64,000 nt of DNA. Source: Pocillopora damicornis (Eukaryota). The stretch is from contig NW_020847100.1 in NCBI RefSeq assembly GCF_003704095.1, positions 434,001 through 498,000 on the forward strand, written 5' to 3'. Below the pieces are notes generated by a model. The model was not told the DNA's origin. It searched no databases and worked only from the letters and a program-made list of their open reading frames with translations. Shown piece by piece: positions 25,812-39,298 of this stretch. How positions within the stretch are numbered: position 1 is the first letter of the stretch; each line of letters opens with the position of its first letter. The position numbers were made by a program, and so were the translations under genes.

Positions 25812-28800
25812 ATTCTGATGATGTCCCAGATGAATGTACATCGTACAACGTTTTCAATGAGCCGGACAGATATTGGAGCAGTACTGGACATTCTATGATA
25901 TGCGATAATAATCTTGCCAGTGATCATGACGGTTGGTACCGCTTCGAGGGTGCTGCTGGAATAATGATGGCTACTCATTGTATTCCAATACAAAGTTGCA
26001 ATAGCCACATGGCGGGTTGGATCGGTGGTGGTGATCACCCCTCCTCAGCTTACCAGAAGGTGACGAGAACAGCGTATATGCATTACGGCTCAAGTTGTGA
26101 AAATGTGGCTTACCCCGAGACGGAAATACGTAACTGTAGTGGATTCTACGTTTACAAACTGCAATCAGTTAACGGCTGTTACCAGCGGTATTGTGGTGTT
26201 AATGGTAAGTGTCACATCAAGAACATCAGGTTTTCTTTTTAAAGAGCTGCACTGCATTGAGCAGCTTTTCTGTAAATATTGTTCACCAGCCTTGTGTCAT
26301 TGCTGGAGGTCGCCTGTGGGGTAGATCGCTACTTTCTCGGCCACCCCGTTTTCAATGTTGTTAAATACTTTGGAGCGGGGCGGAAGGGGTGGGGGAAAAA
26401 TAATGAACAAAGTTCGAGAAAGAAATATGGTTCGATGGGAAATTAAAAATCATCTAATTAAAAAGGTCACATCGACGCAAGAGGTACGCACCCAAAGATC
26501 CAGTGACATGGTAGATTTTTCTTTATAAAGAATTATAAAATGTTCCACTTTATGCAGTTTCAATTGGTTCTTGCGCAAATTGATGAATAAGTGCGAAGCA
26601 TAAACAACCTTAGTGTCCTAAGCTTTTTTATAGAATTTCTTCCAATAATATTAACATAGGACTATCAATATTAAAAGAAAATCTAGACATATTTTGTTGT
26701 GGTAAGAGTTGAAAAAACCTTGATCAATACTGATTTGGTATGAAAAAATGAAGCACTTCTAATGTTTGTGGGTACACGTGAGCGCTGTAGTGTCTGGTTT
26801 ACTCATGATTAGTTGGGCATTAAGCCATTAAGTCATTTCTTAGTCAGAATGATTTCGTCTTCAACAGATGAGAACGATGCATGTCATGCCAATCCTGGCT
26901 CAGCTGCATGTACCTGTCCATCTGGTTATTCAGGCACTCCTTGTCAAGGTACGTGTGTAAAATTAATTGATGGTAATCACTTACACTCCTTCATAGAACT
27001 TTAGTGTAGAGCCTTATCGTTCAGAAAAAAATAGAAAAGGTGTTTTTCTCCCTCTCATTTGCTAATTTGTTTTTTGTTTTCGTACTCAGTGCAAATTTGA
27101 GTAAATCTTCTCATTTTAGATTTTAAGTCAATCCTAGTGAAGCGAGAAAGTTTGATCTTTAATGACGATAAAGGACAAGAGGCAATGGCCGTTGTGATTG
27201 ATTTCTTCCCCGAATAAGGTTGTGTTCGATACCGATTATATCCCAATTTTTCCAACCTGTGGATTATATGAGTTAAAAAGATTATTGAATTCCCGCCGTT
27301 AAGAATTCACATAATTTCCCCACCAGTTTTTTTAACTATTCACTTTGGCCACGTCATGGTAAGGACAAACTTTTAATTGGTTGGTTGTATTTTCCGTGTC
27401 ATTAGATACCGATGAATGTACCTCAGGAGGCCATAATTGTCACTCACAAGCCATATGTTCCAATACTCCTGGCACATTTACATGCTCTTGTAAAGCTGGT
27501 TTTACTGGCGACGGTGTATCTTGTAGCGGTTAGTGTTTGGGCATCTCTTGCATCTTTTAAGGTTCTTTAGAGAATCAAGCTTAAAATGGTAGTGAGGTCT
27601 CCCCACATGCGTATTCATCAACAATTCATATTTGGACAGGAAATAAGTAAAAATTGAAAGCTTGAAAAAGGTGATGGCAATCACTGGTGTTACAGCCACA
27701 CATGTCGAGAAATCCAAGAATTTTGGTAGATTAAGCTGATTAAATGAACGGTGCGAGATGCTGAAAAAAAGGAAACTAGGAGATATCGTGAAAAAAAATG
27801 ACGAAGGGAAAGAAGAGATTCTATATATTATCGGCTTCTGCTGTGGTGTTATCTTTCAGAGGATTGTGGTATGTCCGAAGGTGAAAATGAACTTCTCTCA
27901 TATGGGAGATCAGGGATTGATTGCCTGTAGCCAAAAGCGAGTTCTTCGGCCGGTAGATGGGAAAGATTGTTCGAAGATTGTTAATAATACTCAACCAAAA
28001 CGAACGGGTGGAACTAAAAAAAACCCACTTATAGCAGGACTACATTAAGATTGGTTGTTTGCTTATTTGCTGAATCACTCAGAGCTGTCAATTCGTGCGT
28101 AAATAACAACTGATAGCTAATAAATGGTCCACTTATGCTTAAGAGTAAAAAAATAGTTTTGGGGTACGTTATTATTCCACTCTATTCATCAAATTTCTTC
28201 TTTTAATGCAGAGTGAGTGGTAGGCTGTAAACTGTTTATTAAAGACGTCATCATTCCATCGAATAGATATTTATAAGAGAGGTATTAGCAATATAAACTT
28301 ACATAACCCTTGTTCTCATTATCTAAGATATCGACGAATGCACTAATGGTGCCCATGACTGTCACCAAGATGCTGATTGTGAAAACACAGAGGGTGTATT
28401 TACTTGTAGTTGTAAACATGGATTCACAGGAGATGGACGTCAATGCACAGGTGATAAATTCATAACTTTTATTCTCTCTCCCAATATAGGGCACTTGCAT
28501 ATCTTTTGATCTTTAATGACTGAAAGGGAAAAAAAAAACCAAATCAGCAATTTCTCCAGTTGGAGGCCGATGGCAACAGTGTATTTTGCAGTTACTTAAA
28601 GGTTTTGAAAACGTTAAAAGGTCGATAGATAACCTCTTAGTAGCAAATCTTGATCCTAGATCTCAAAAATCTCTGAAAATGTTGATTCTTTCCTTCGATT
28701 GCCACACAGAAAGTCAGAGTTACAGAAGTGTTATAGTTTGTGTGCACGGGCTGATTATATCTCCTTGGCGGTAGATGTTGATGAATGCACAGATGCCTCG

Positions 28801-31800
28801 CATAACTGTCATGCGAAAGCAGATTGTAGTAACACTCAAGGCTCTTTCGGCTGTGCTTGCATTCAAGGATATTCAGGAAATGGTGTTACATGTACAGGTA
28901 TGATAGCATAAGAAAATTATTCTTTAACTATTACGGTCCGCCATTTATGCGCAACTAGTTTATTTGCCTGTAACGCGGTATATTGACTTTTTTCCTCAAT
29001 TAATCTGAACCTTAAGCAGACTACACTGGCGACGTCAACAAGGAAATGGGAAACAATCAAATTAATTGGGTGGAACAATGGTTCACCTCGTGCTTTTACA
29101 ACTTTGTAAACTTGTTAGCCGTTCTTTGAAAAACAACACCGTGAAATCAACCAAATTTTCGAAGGGAAACCCCCGACCAAAAGTTATCTAAGTTTCCACT
29201 TGAGAATCAATGTTGCTCTTACTTGTTTTGGTGAAGTTGAAGAGTGCCGCCTTACGAGACACATAATTCTAACAAAGCATATACATTTATTTTTCAATCG
29301 TCTTACTCGGTATTGCTGTCCAGATTGCTTAAGATACCCATTGATTAAGGGGAAACATGTGCCTACTGATCGCTTTATGTGTCCCGCTTTCCTCTCTCCA
29401 ACCCGGAAACATTAAAATCACCGGAATATGTCTCTTTATAACTTCAGATATCAATGAATGCACCAGCAGCATTGATGACTGCCACACAGACGCAGAATGT
29501 TCCAACACCGATGGTGCGTTTACTTGTAGTTGCAAAGGAGGATTTTCAGGAGATGGTCGACAGTGCGCAGGTGCGGTATCCTCGTATTTTCTTTCCATTT
29601 TCATCATCTTTTCTTTTCGTATTTTTTCTTTTTTTAATCACTATCGTAGTAAACATTGTAGCAACAATATCATCGTTATAGTCTCGCTACGCGCTAGACA
29701 GTGCACAGGTGTGAAATCCTTAGATTTTATATCCATTTTTGTACTTGTTTTTTATTACACTTTTCCTTCTTATCATTTTCGTTTTAAGACACTGTAGCAG
29801 CATTATCATCGCGTAAATTTCGCCCAGCCCCAACTGATATTAAAAACCTGGATATCACCCCGATTTACATTGTATTTGGCGTATAGAGGGGAAAAAATCA
29901 GCAAAAACGAAATAAAACAAAACAGGACCACATTTTATTTGATAGGTATATTTAATTATACTTTATCCATGTTAACTAAAAATTCCCAAATAACCAAATG
30001 TACTAAGCAGGCATTGCAGGTACCGTTTCTCTTTTGAATGTCTAATTTTGTGTAACGAGGTAATGCTGTGTCTGATTGCTTCAGATATTGATGAATGCAC
30101 AGATGCAACTCACAACTGCCATTCAAATGCGGATTGTTCTAACACTTATGGCGGGTTCAACTGTACTTGTTTTCAAGGATATTCAGGAGATGGTGTTACA
30201 TGTACTGGTATGAAAGTTGTTATAAATATTCTCAATCTACAGCCGTACAGCCATACACAGTGTGCCTTAATATTTTTGATCGAGATCTCTGGATACTGAA
30301 AGTCTTTGCGGTCTAGAAGCCGCAGTTAATATCTACAATTACCGAATGATCACCAGAACAAGCGGAATAGTAAGCTATATGAAAGAAACAACATACAAAC
30401 AAACAAACAAACAAAATACGATGAGCGAAGGAAAACAAACATAAAAAAAAAATTTACCGTTTCCATCGGCATAATTTATAACCAAGTTTTCCTTCTACCT
30501 TGCTCACGATACTGTATGGTTTGTTGTTATGAATTAAAACTTTGAACTAAACGATACAATCTCACAGATATTGATGAGTGTGCCACAGCAACTCACAACT
30601 GTCATGGTGTTGCTCACTGTTACAATAATGATGGATCATTCACCTGTGAGTGTAGGACTGATTACCAAGGCGACGGTATTTCTTGTGAGCCCTTTGGTAA
30701 GTGACCTAGTTCTTCGTTTGATCACCATAAACTACAATTGATAATAACCCCCCACAAAAACTTATGATATATATAATATATACTTTAGTTCATGCTACAC
30801 AGTTTATCTACTTTTCTCCTGATTGATTCATAAGAATACGTTTAACCCGTCCATTGGATCTTGTTTTACAGGAGATTTCTCTGTAACAATTAAAAACATA
30901 TCCAAGGATAAATATTTGGCAACTACTGTCAAACGGTCTGAAAAAAGTATCCATCAGGCAATCATCGAAGATCTTCCAGATAAACCTGTGTTGGAAAGTG
31001 TCATGGAATGGCGTTTAATTAGTGAACAGGAGCTGGCAGCTTCTGAATCACCAGTGGGAACTTTAGTCAGTCAAGGAACTGCACAGTGGACCATAAATAG
31101 GCGATCCGTACCTTCTGGAAACTATCAAGTAAAATTTACTGCGTCTATTAAATTCGGTGATTCAGTATCCTCAGAAACTCTCAAGGCTTTTGATTACGGC
31201 TTTATCAAAGTTATTTCAGCTCCTTTGCGAGCCATAATCGATGGAGGAAGTAGCGTTCTTTGGGGCTCTAAAGACACTGTTACAGTGGATGGATCCCTTA
31301 GCTATGATGGAGATATTGGTCCTGGAAACTCTAGTGGGCTGAAATCTACCTGGTCCTGTTATCGTCTTGGAGATAATACTTCCTTCAGCGACAATTGCTT
31401 TGGTTCTTTCAAGGGAGACGTAACTCTAACATCCATAGACATTATCCCTGGTGGGCTTGATATTGGAAAAAAATTCGTTCTCAGACTAACAGTGTCCAAG
31501 GATGATCGAAGTCATTTTGCCGAAATTATTTTTGAGATAGCAACTGGTGTGATACCTCAAGTTAGCTTAAGGTACTTTAAAATGATTGTTTTATTCAATT
31601 CTTCCTCTCTTACAGTCATCCTCTATACACAATCATTCTGTTTTGTTGAAACATTACAAAGTAGTGATTGCAGTGGCTTTGTTCTACCTTCAACCAATCA
31701 CACGCAAAGCTGAGGCTTTTCTAGACTTGGCCTCAAGCAATGTTGAGTGCGTCAGGAATGTGACCCGTCTTTCATATCGTTGTTGTTGTTATTATTGTTG

Positions 31801-34800
31801 TCTTTTCCTCAGATTAATGCAAAATGAATTATAAAAATCGATCTATTTTAATTCTCTTATTTTCATGCAGGTGTTTTGTAGATTGTGGTAAAATAGTCTC
31901 TGCTTCGAATAAGTTTCGAGTAACATCAGAGTGTCTCAATTCCCCCTGTATTGGTTCAGAGTATCTATGGCAATTAATGAGATTCAATGATGATTCAAAT
32001 CAACTGGAACTCATAAATATTCTACCCAATATGACATCGACTGCTATAAATGCAACCAACATGATTATCAAAAAGAACTCCTTGCAGTCAAGCTCGAAAT
32101 ACACTCTGAACTTAACTGTGATACCCCCCGGTGGAACAGCTGGATTTGCAGTGCTCGAGTTTGAGACAGCTGGGCAGCCCCACAGTGGCTACTGCGTGCC
32201 ATCAGCCGTTGTAGGTTTCTCTTTGGAAACAAAATTTTCATTTGAATGCTTTGAATGGCAAGATAAAAGTACACCACTATCTTACGAATTTCGTGTTGGG
32301 GACGAGCCAATATCCTATGGCACCTCTGCTAAATCTGTTTCGACAGTCTTGCCCTCTGGATTACCGGAAAACGATTATCAGCTGTCAATCAACATTATTA
32401 TCAAGAATGCTGTTGGTGTGGCCCTTGTGGAGAAGCTCTCTGTGAAGGTAATGATAAAAACTGTATGCCTCTGACGGTTTCTCTAAAAGGTCTATGGAAT
32501 CTATCCAGTGTCACATGAGCACAACTATGATTGATGCGTATAGTTGAATAGCGTACAAAGTCCTGACGGATTGTTGCACCCTCCGCACCCAAGTATTAAG
32601 AAAACACAGACGTAGTCGGCTAAAACGGGAAAAGTTTCACCACTCCGAAATTAAAGAAGGAAAAGAAGAATCGAAGCAAAACAATCAAGAAACGAGTAGT
32701 TTGCTGATTTAATAATTTTAGTGACCACTTTTGTTTCAAGTACAAGTGAATTTGAGCAAGATGAGATTGCTTTAGTAGTCGAAAGGCGCAAAATAGTTTT
32801 ATAAAAAGTAAACTTTCGTCCGCCACCTATTAAAGCTTTCAAACATTTGTTCTGTTTTCCACAAGGTGGTGCCATCGTCCCAACTCGATCCTTGCCGTTC
32901 ATCGGTAGAAGAAGTGTCTAACAAATTGAAAGGTTTCGTAATTGGGGACGACAGCGACTTGGATAAATTTCTAAAGAAGGGTGAAATTAGTCAAGCCTCT
33001 CAACTTGCTATCACTGTTCTCAAATCAGCCAGCGAAGAAACGGAGTGTGGGCAGACGCTCAGCAAAGATACCAAAACACTAGTGGGTCCACTTACTGTAA
33101 TTTTTTTTTTTTATAAGCGGTGGAGAGCTGTGTGTTTGTTTGTTTGTTTGTTTGCTTGATCATTTGTTTGCTTCTTACGCCATCCACAAGAGATTATCTC
33201 ATACATGTATATAAAAATTCGTTGTTGTATACCTGATATTCATCTGAGGTAACAGTTTCAAAATTTTTTACTCCTTGTAAGCTTCTTTTAGCTCCCAAAA
33301 ACTTTAGATATTTCATTTACTGGCGTAGATTTCAAGTACGTTAGTGGAAAAGTTCACCTCCATAAAGCCGGAGGACCTTCAGATGTCCCGAACTGTTATG
33401 GGTGTAGTCAAACTAGCAGGTGGTAACCAAGACGCTCAATCTTGCAATGACTGTGGAAATTCTGCGGTAAGAATCTAGCCTTCTCTTCTCTTACACAAGA
33501 ACAGCAAAGTATCACAAAATACATGTAAACTGTTTTGATCGTAATCAAATGCCTTTCTTTAGAATGAAACTATGAAACTAACGGATGCCACAACAGAACT
33601 ACTTAAGTCTGTCCTTGGTGACTTAGAGGAGCCATTTTCTGATGAACTGGAAGAATCGGCTGTCGGTATCACCACGTGTCTAAAAAACGTTCTAAAGTCT
33701 TCCCCTGAATCAAGCAAAGAAAGTGGAGATTTAAGAAAGAGCACTGAATCTGAGAAGGTATGACAAAATTTGATTCACGAAATTAAGTAAACGAGAGTAA
33801 CTCATATTATGTTATCCTGTACATATCAAGGAGTTTCACTGAAATGACATCTTCTGTAATTTAACTGCTCCAATTGTTTGCACGGAGATGAGGGTGTTTC
33901 TATCAAGATGACATTTTCTGACCAAATTAAAATATGTGAGCACTAAACATTAGCTACCACAGACAGTATCAAACAAATAACGATTGCAAATTCCTATTCA
34001 AGAAATTGATTATCGCTCGGAAATTGCATTTAGTAGAAAATTTTAACAGAAACTCTTTTTTACCACAGGAGAGTGTGAAGCAAGCTGCTGAAAAACTGGA
34101 CGCTATGAACGACGCATTTTTCGCACGCCTGGTTCCCTCTGAAAATCTTGTCCTAAAAACTCCTGGCTTGACATCGACCCTTAAGAAGGTATCTGCTGAC
34201 GGTATAAAGGGTCTTAATATGGAAGATGGACCAACAAAATTTAGACTACCAGGAAACCTAGGGAATATGGCTGATGGAAACATCAATGCAAAGGTATGAA
34301 GTTTTAAAGCGTAGATATACAACAAACCTGGCATTTTCAAAATTGAATGTCATTAGCAACTATCTGTCAACGCTTTTGACGTTTAGCGTTGCATCAAAAG
34401 TTTGAACCTTTTATTTAAAATTACTCTCCTTACGTCACTTATTGCTGCGAAATTGTATTCGATCCAATTGCTTTGATGACTAAGCGTTCCGAAACAATTT
34501 TTTTGTGTTTCTCAGTTGCAATGATGGCTTACACATTCTTTACTGCAGTATTGTAGAAAAGTCATACACACAAACTTCGAAATGTTTCTCCAAATATATT
34601 TTATTTTCAAAGAATACGTGCTGGGTATATCACAGCAGAACACTGATTCTCAAGGTGTGAAACTAGAGGCTTGATCAACTGAATTGGCCACCTCAGACAG
34701 TTTCTAAACCTGACTTTTCGAGCGTCAGCCCTTCGTAAGAGCGAATAGTCTCGTTAGTAAATTACGCCTTTTAGTTGAAAAAGTATATCCTCTGTGTTCT

Positions 34801-35200
34801 GTTTTTGCAGATGAAAAGTGCTGAGTTTAATCCCTTCTCTTGGGACAATAGCAGCAAGAAAGTCCAGTCCAGTGTCATTAGCCTCGAGCTTCAAACGGAA
34901 AATGCAACAAAACTGAATGTTTCAAACCTCGATAGTAACATTGAGATAGTTATACCTATTTCCACCCCACCTTCAAATACCAGCAACGGATCAGAGCATT
35001 ATTTTCTAAAGCCAAACCAATTGACTATGAGGAGCTATTACGCCGACCTAGCAGATGTACCTGTTTCCATCAGCCTGGGTGTGGCAAAAGAGGAAACATT
35101 AGTTAAAATGTTTGTGAAATTTGGGTCAAGACCTTCCACAGAGGACTCTGACCTCAACTTTACGCTAAAGCTCACGTCAAAGTGCGGAAATGTGACAAAG
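25812..35200 (+). CDS. Polycystin-1-like (PKD1L2/PKDREJ-type) protein, copy 1, extracellular part: D8C - EGF - 6x calcium-binding EGF - REJ - GAIN; cut by a gap
   Basis: Exons 25812-26204 (D8C: CD...GWYRF...C...GW...[12 protein letters not shown]...RYC), 26868-26948, 27406-27528, 28328-28450, 28775-28897, 29448-29570, 30085-30207, 30568-30696 (D-I/V-D/N-EC cbEGF), 30872-31571, 31871-32447 (REJ: [23 protein letters not shown]), 32866-33081, 33329-33466, 33563-33757, 34069-34293 and 34811-35200 (FNPFSW). All junctions GT-AG and in phase. Confidence 0.9.
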
Positions 35201-35300
35201 NNNNNNNNNNNNNNNNNNNNNNNNNNNNNNNNNNNNNNNNNNNNNNNNNNNNNNNNNNNNNNNNNNNNNNNNNNNNNNNNNNNNNNNNNNNNNNNNNNNN

Positions 35301-36696
35301 CGCTTTACTGAAGACTGACATCCACAAATGGCTGTCAGCTATCTTTCTCCCAAAACGCGATCTCACCTCCGCCGAAAAGGATGTAGCTGCTTTGCTTTTT
35401 ACACTAATTTCTATCTGCCCATCGTCTTTTTCAAGTGCAAGCCATCTATTTATGGGGAACACCCAGCGTTCTTCTGTCTGTCTGTCTCTGATTACCACTG
35501 TTTCTACAAACCAAGATGGATTTTCGCCTGAATTATCTTGTTCCAAAGTTATTTCGTTTAGATTTCCTAATGAATCGTTTGTAACCAGTACAAAACCGTT
35601 TATACTTCCTCGACCAAAAATTTCCTGTAAATCACCATGTTTTTGAAGAGTAATGAGATCATGTTCATCGTTGTCTCCTTTAATGCTCATCGTTACGTTT
35701 GCCGTTGTTGCTGAATCTTTCCAGACGCCAGTGCTGATAACCATGTCGTAGTAGTATGTTCCTTCTTCAGCAAGATTTATCTGTAGCGGTGAGAAAATCT
35801 GCGAAAACAAGTAAACATAACATAGTTTACCTTGTTAATATGGTAGTGGTGCCACAAAAAGAGTAACGTCACTGAGCTGATGATGGGAGACCGAACTTTC
35901 GATTATTTCCCCGCTAAATAATTGAAATGTCCAGCGAAAACACCTCCTTAACTTAAAAAGACTGTTTCAATTTGATTTCACATTGCTTGACACATTCTTT
36001 CATTTCTTTGGATGTAAGAGACAATAAAGAAGAAAGATACATTTTGGTATAGAGTAAAAATTGGAAAAGGTCATATTTCTCATCGTAAGCTCTTAACTGT
36101 ATTACTACTGCGGGATGATTTGTACGTAAATATTACATGCAATACTTAAATTCATACCTTGCTTTCATCTCTTTTGTCAGCCCTCCTTGCAAATATAAGA
36201 GCTACAAAGTAAATAAGGAACGCACATGCAATTGTCACGAGCACTGAAATGTTGCCCGACTCGCTAAGTCGAGCAAACTCCGTGAAAACTTTGTCGAAGT
36301 CAATGGGATTGGGAGCTTGAATGAAATTTCCGCCGAAAGACGTCAGATGGTTGCAGAGGCATTTGAGATGTGTGGTGTTAGAGCCCACGTCGACCTGCCA
36401 TGGAAATATAAAAAAACACCTGCCATCAGTATATGTCGATAGATTTCCTTCTAGGATTTAGCTCACCTTGTAGGGTAATATGGCTGGTTATCCTGTTTTC
36501 TAAGAATTTTTTTGAAATCATGATTTTATTGAAACTTACTTTGCAACCATCGGATGTCCACTTTTCCTCATCTTCAGACCAATACAAACAACTTGATTGG
36601 GTTATAGTAAACGTATAGTTGACATCAGTTTGTGGGTTATATTGAGGTACAATCGTCTGAAGGATCCCTTTCGGAGGTGGATCTTTGACGCCAACG
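35301..36696 (-). CDS. Polycystin-1-like fragment, inverted contig: GPS - TM1 - PLAT/LH2
   Basis: Exons 36540-36696 (CLYWSEDEEKWTSDGCK), 36158-36394 (CLCNHLTSFGG, TM1, RRADKRD) and 35301-35798 (Y...ISTG...ATTANV...GENPSWFVE...FPINRWLA). Bounded by N-gaps. Confidence 0.9.
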
Positions 36697-36796
36697 NNNN
36701 NNNNNNNNNNNNNNNNNNNNNNNNNNNNNNNNNNNNNNNNNNNNNNNNNNNNNNNNNNNNNNNNNNNNNNNNNNNNNNNNNNNNNNNNNNNNNNNN

Positions 36797-37993
36797 CGTG
36801 ACAATTGCATGTGCGTTCCTTATTTACTTTGTAGCTCTTATATTTGCAAGAAGGGCTGACAAAAGAGATGAAAGCAAGGTATGCATTTAAGTATTGCATG
36901 TAATATTTACGTACAAATAATCCCGCAGTAGTAATACAGTTAAGTGCTTACGATGAGAAATATGACTGGAAAAAATCAGTAGTCTCGCGTTCTTTCTTCC
37001 TTTCTTTTCTTTTCTTATTACGCTGTATACCAAGGTGCAGCTTTTTCTTAACACTTATCTCTTTATTGTCCTCACATCCAAAGATATTGAAGATTCTGTC
37101 AAGCGATGTGAATTGAAAATAAACTGTCTTTTATGCAGGTGTTTTCGCTGGACATTTCAATAGTTTGGGTGGGGAAAATAATACAAAGTTCTATCTCCCA
37201 CTATCAGCTTAATGATGTAACTATTTGTATGGGACCACCACCGGATTAACAAGGTAAGCTGTGTTGTAATTACCTGTTTTCGCAGATTTTCCCAACGCCA
37301 CAGATAAATCTTGCTGAAGAAGGAACGTTCTACTACGACATGGTTATCAGCACTGGCGTTTGGAAAGACTCAGCTACAACGGCAAACGTACTGATGAGCA
37401 TAAAAGGAGACAACAATGAACATGATCTCATCACTCTTCAAAAACATGGTNNNNNNNNNNNNNNNNNNNNNNNNNNNNNNNNNNNNNNNNNNNNNNNNNN
37501 NNNNNNNNNNNNNNNNNNNNNNNNNNNNNNNNNNNNNNNNNNNNNNNNNNNNNNNNNNNNNNNNNNNNNNNNNNNNNNNNNNNNNNNNNNNNNNNNNNNN
37601 NNNNNNNNNNNNNNNNNNNNNNNNNNNNNNNNNNNNNNNNNNNNNNNNNNNNNNNNNNNNNNNNNNNNNNNNNNNNNNNNNNNNNNNNNNNNNNNNNNNN
37701 NNNNNNNNNNNNNNNNNNNNNNNNNNNNNNNNNNNNNNNNNNNNNNNNNNNNNNNNNNNNNNNNNNNNNNNNNNNNNNNNNNNNNNNNNNNNNNNNNNNN
37801 NNNNNNNNNNNNNNNNNNNNNNNNNNNNNNNNNNNNNNNNNNNNNNNNNNNNNNNNNNNNNNNNNNNNNNNNNCAAGGCTGTATGCTGCCATATTTCTGT
37901 GTATACATCGCTTGGTTTCTCTGCTTTGTCACCACTATAACAGCAGCAACATTTACGTTATTTTACAGTTTAATGTGGGGTAAGGAAGTCGCT
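36797..37993 (+). CDS. Polycystin-1-like fragments: TM1 end, PLAT start, TM4 region
   Basis: 36797-36878, 37286-37450 and 37874-37993 (GCMLPYFCVYIAWFLC), separated by an intron and gaps. Confidence 0.8.
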
Positions 37994-38093
37994 NNNNNNN
38001 NNNNNNNNNNNNNNNNNNNNNNNNNNNNNNNNNNNNNNNNNNNNNNNNNNNNNNNNNNNNNNNNNNNNNNNNNNNNNNNNNNNNNNNNNNNNN

Positions 38094-39198
38094 AAAGACA
38101 ACACGACGCTCTTTGCACACGCGTGAATGTACTACTGCACGCTTTACCAAAGACTGACATCCACAAATGGCTGTCAGCTATCTTTCTCCCAAAGCGCGAT
38201 CTTACCTCCGCCGAAAAGGATGTAGCTGCTTTACTTTTTACACTAATTTCTATTTGCCCATCGTCTTTTTCGAGTGCGAGCCATCTATTTATGGGGAACA
38301 CCCAGCGTTCTTCTGTTTGTCTGTCTCTGATTACCACTGTTTCTACAAACCAAGATGGACTTTCTCCTGAATTATCGTGTTCCAAAGTTATTTCGTTTAG
38401 ACTTCCTAATGACTCGTTTGTAACCAGAAAAAAACAATTTACACTTCCTCGACTAAAAACTTCCTGTAAATCACCATGTTTTTGAAGAGTGATGAGATCA
38501 TGTTCATTGTTGTCTCCTTTTATGCTAATCGTTACGTTTGCCGTTGTAGCTGAGTCTCTCCAAACACCAGTGCTGATAACCATGTCGTAGTAGTACGTTC
38601 CTTCTTCAACAAGATTTATCTGTGGCGGTGGGAAAATCTGCGAAAACAAGTAATTACAACACAGTTTACCTTGTTAACCGGTGGTGGTCCCATAAAAATA
38701 GTTACATCATTGAGCTGATACTGGGAGATACAACTTTGTATTATTTTCCCCACCCAAACTATTAAAATGTCCAGCGAAAACACCTACATAAAAGACAGTT
38801 TAATTTCCATTCACATCGCTTGACAGAATCTTCAATATCTTTGGATTTAAGGGCAATAAAGAGATAAGTGTAAAGAAAAAGCTGCACTTTGGTACACAGC
38901 GTAATAAGAAAAGAAAAGAAAGGAAGAAAGAACGCAAGACTACTGATTTTCTCATCGTTAGCTCTTAACTGTATTACTACTGCAGGATGATTTGTGCGTA
39001 AATATTACATGCAAAATTTAAATGCATACCTTGCTTTGATCTCTTTTGTCAGCCCTCCTTGCAAATATAAGAGCTACAAAGTAAATAAGGAACGCAAATG
39101 CAATTGTCACGAGCACTGAAATGTTGCCCGACTCGCTAAGTCGCGCAAACTCCGTGAAAACTTTGTCGAAGTCAATGGGATTGGGAGCTTGAATGAAG
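38094..39198 (-). CDS. Polycystin-1-like fragment, inverted: TM1 exon and PLAT exon
   Basis: 39030-39198 (FIQAPNPIDF...TM1) and 38094-38637 (PLAT...HLWMSVF...FTRVQRASCCL). Confidence 0.85.
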
Positions 39199-39298
39199 NN
39201 NNNNNNNNNNNNNNNNNNNNNNNNNNNNNNNNNNNNNNNNNNNNNNNNNNNNNNNNNNNNNNNNNNNNNNNNNNNNNNNNNNNNNNNNNNNNNNNNNN

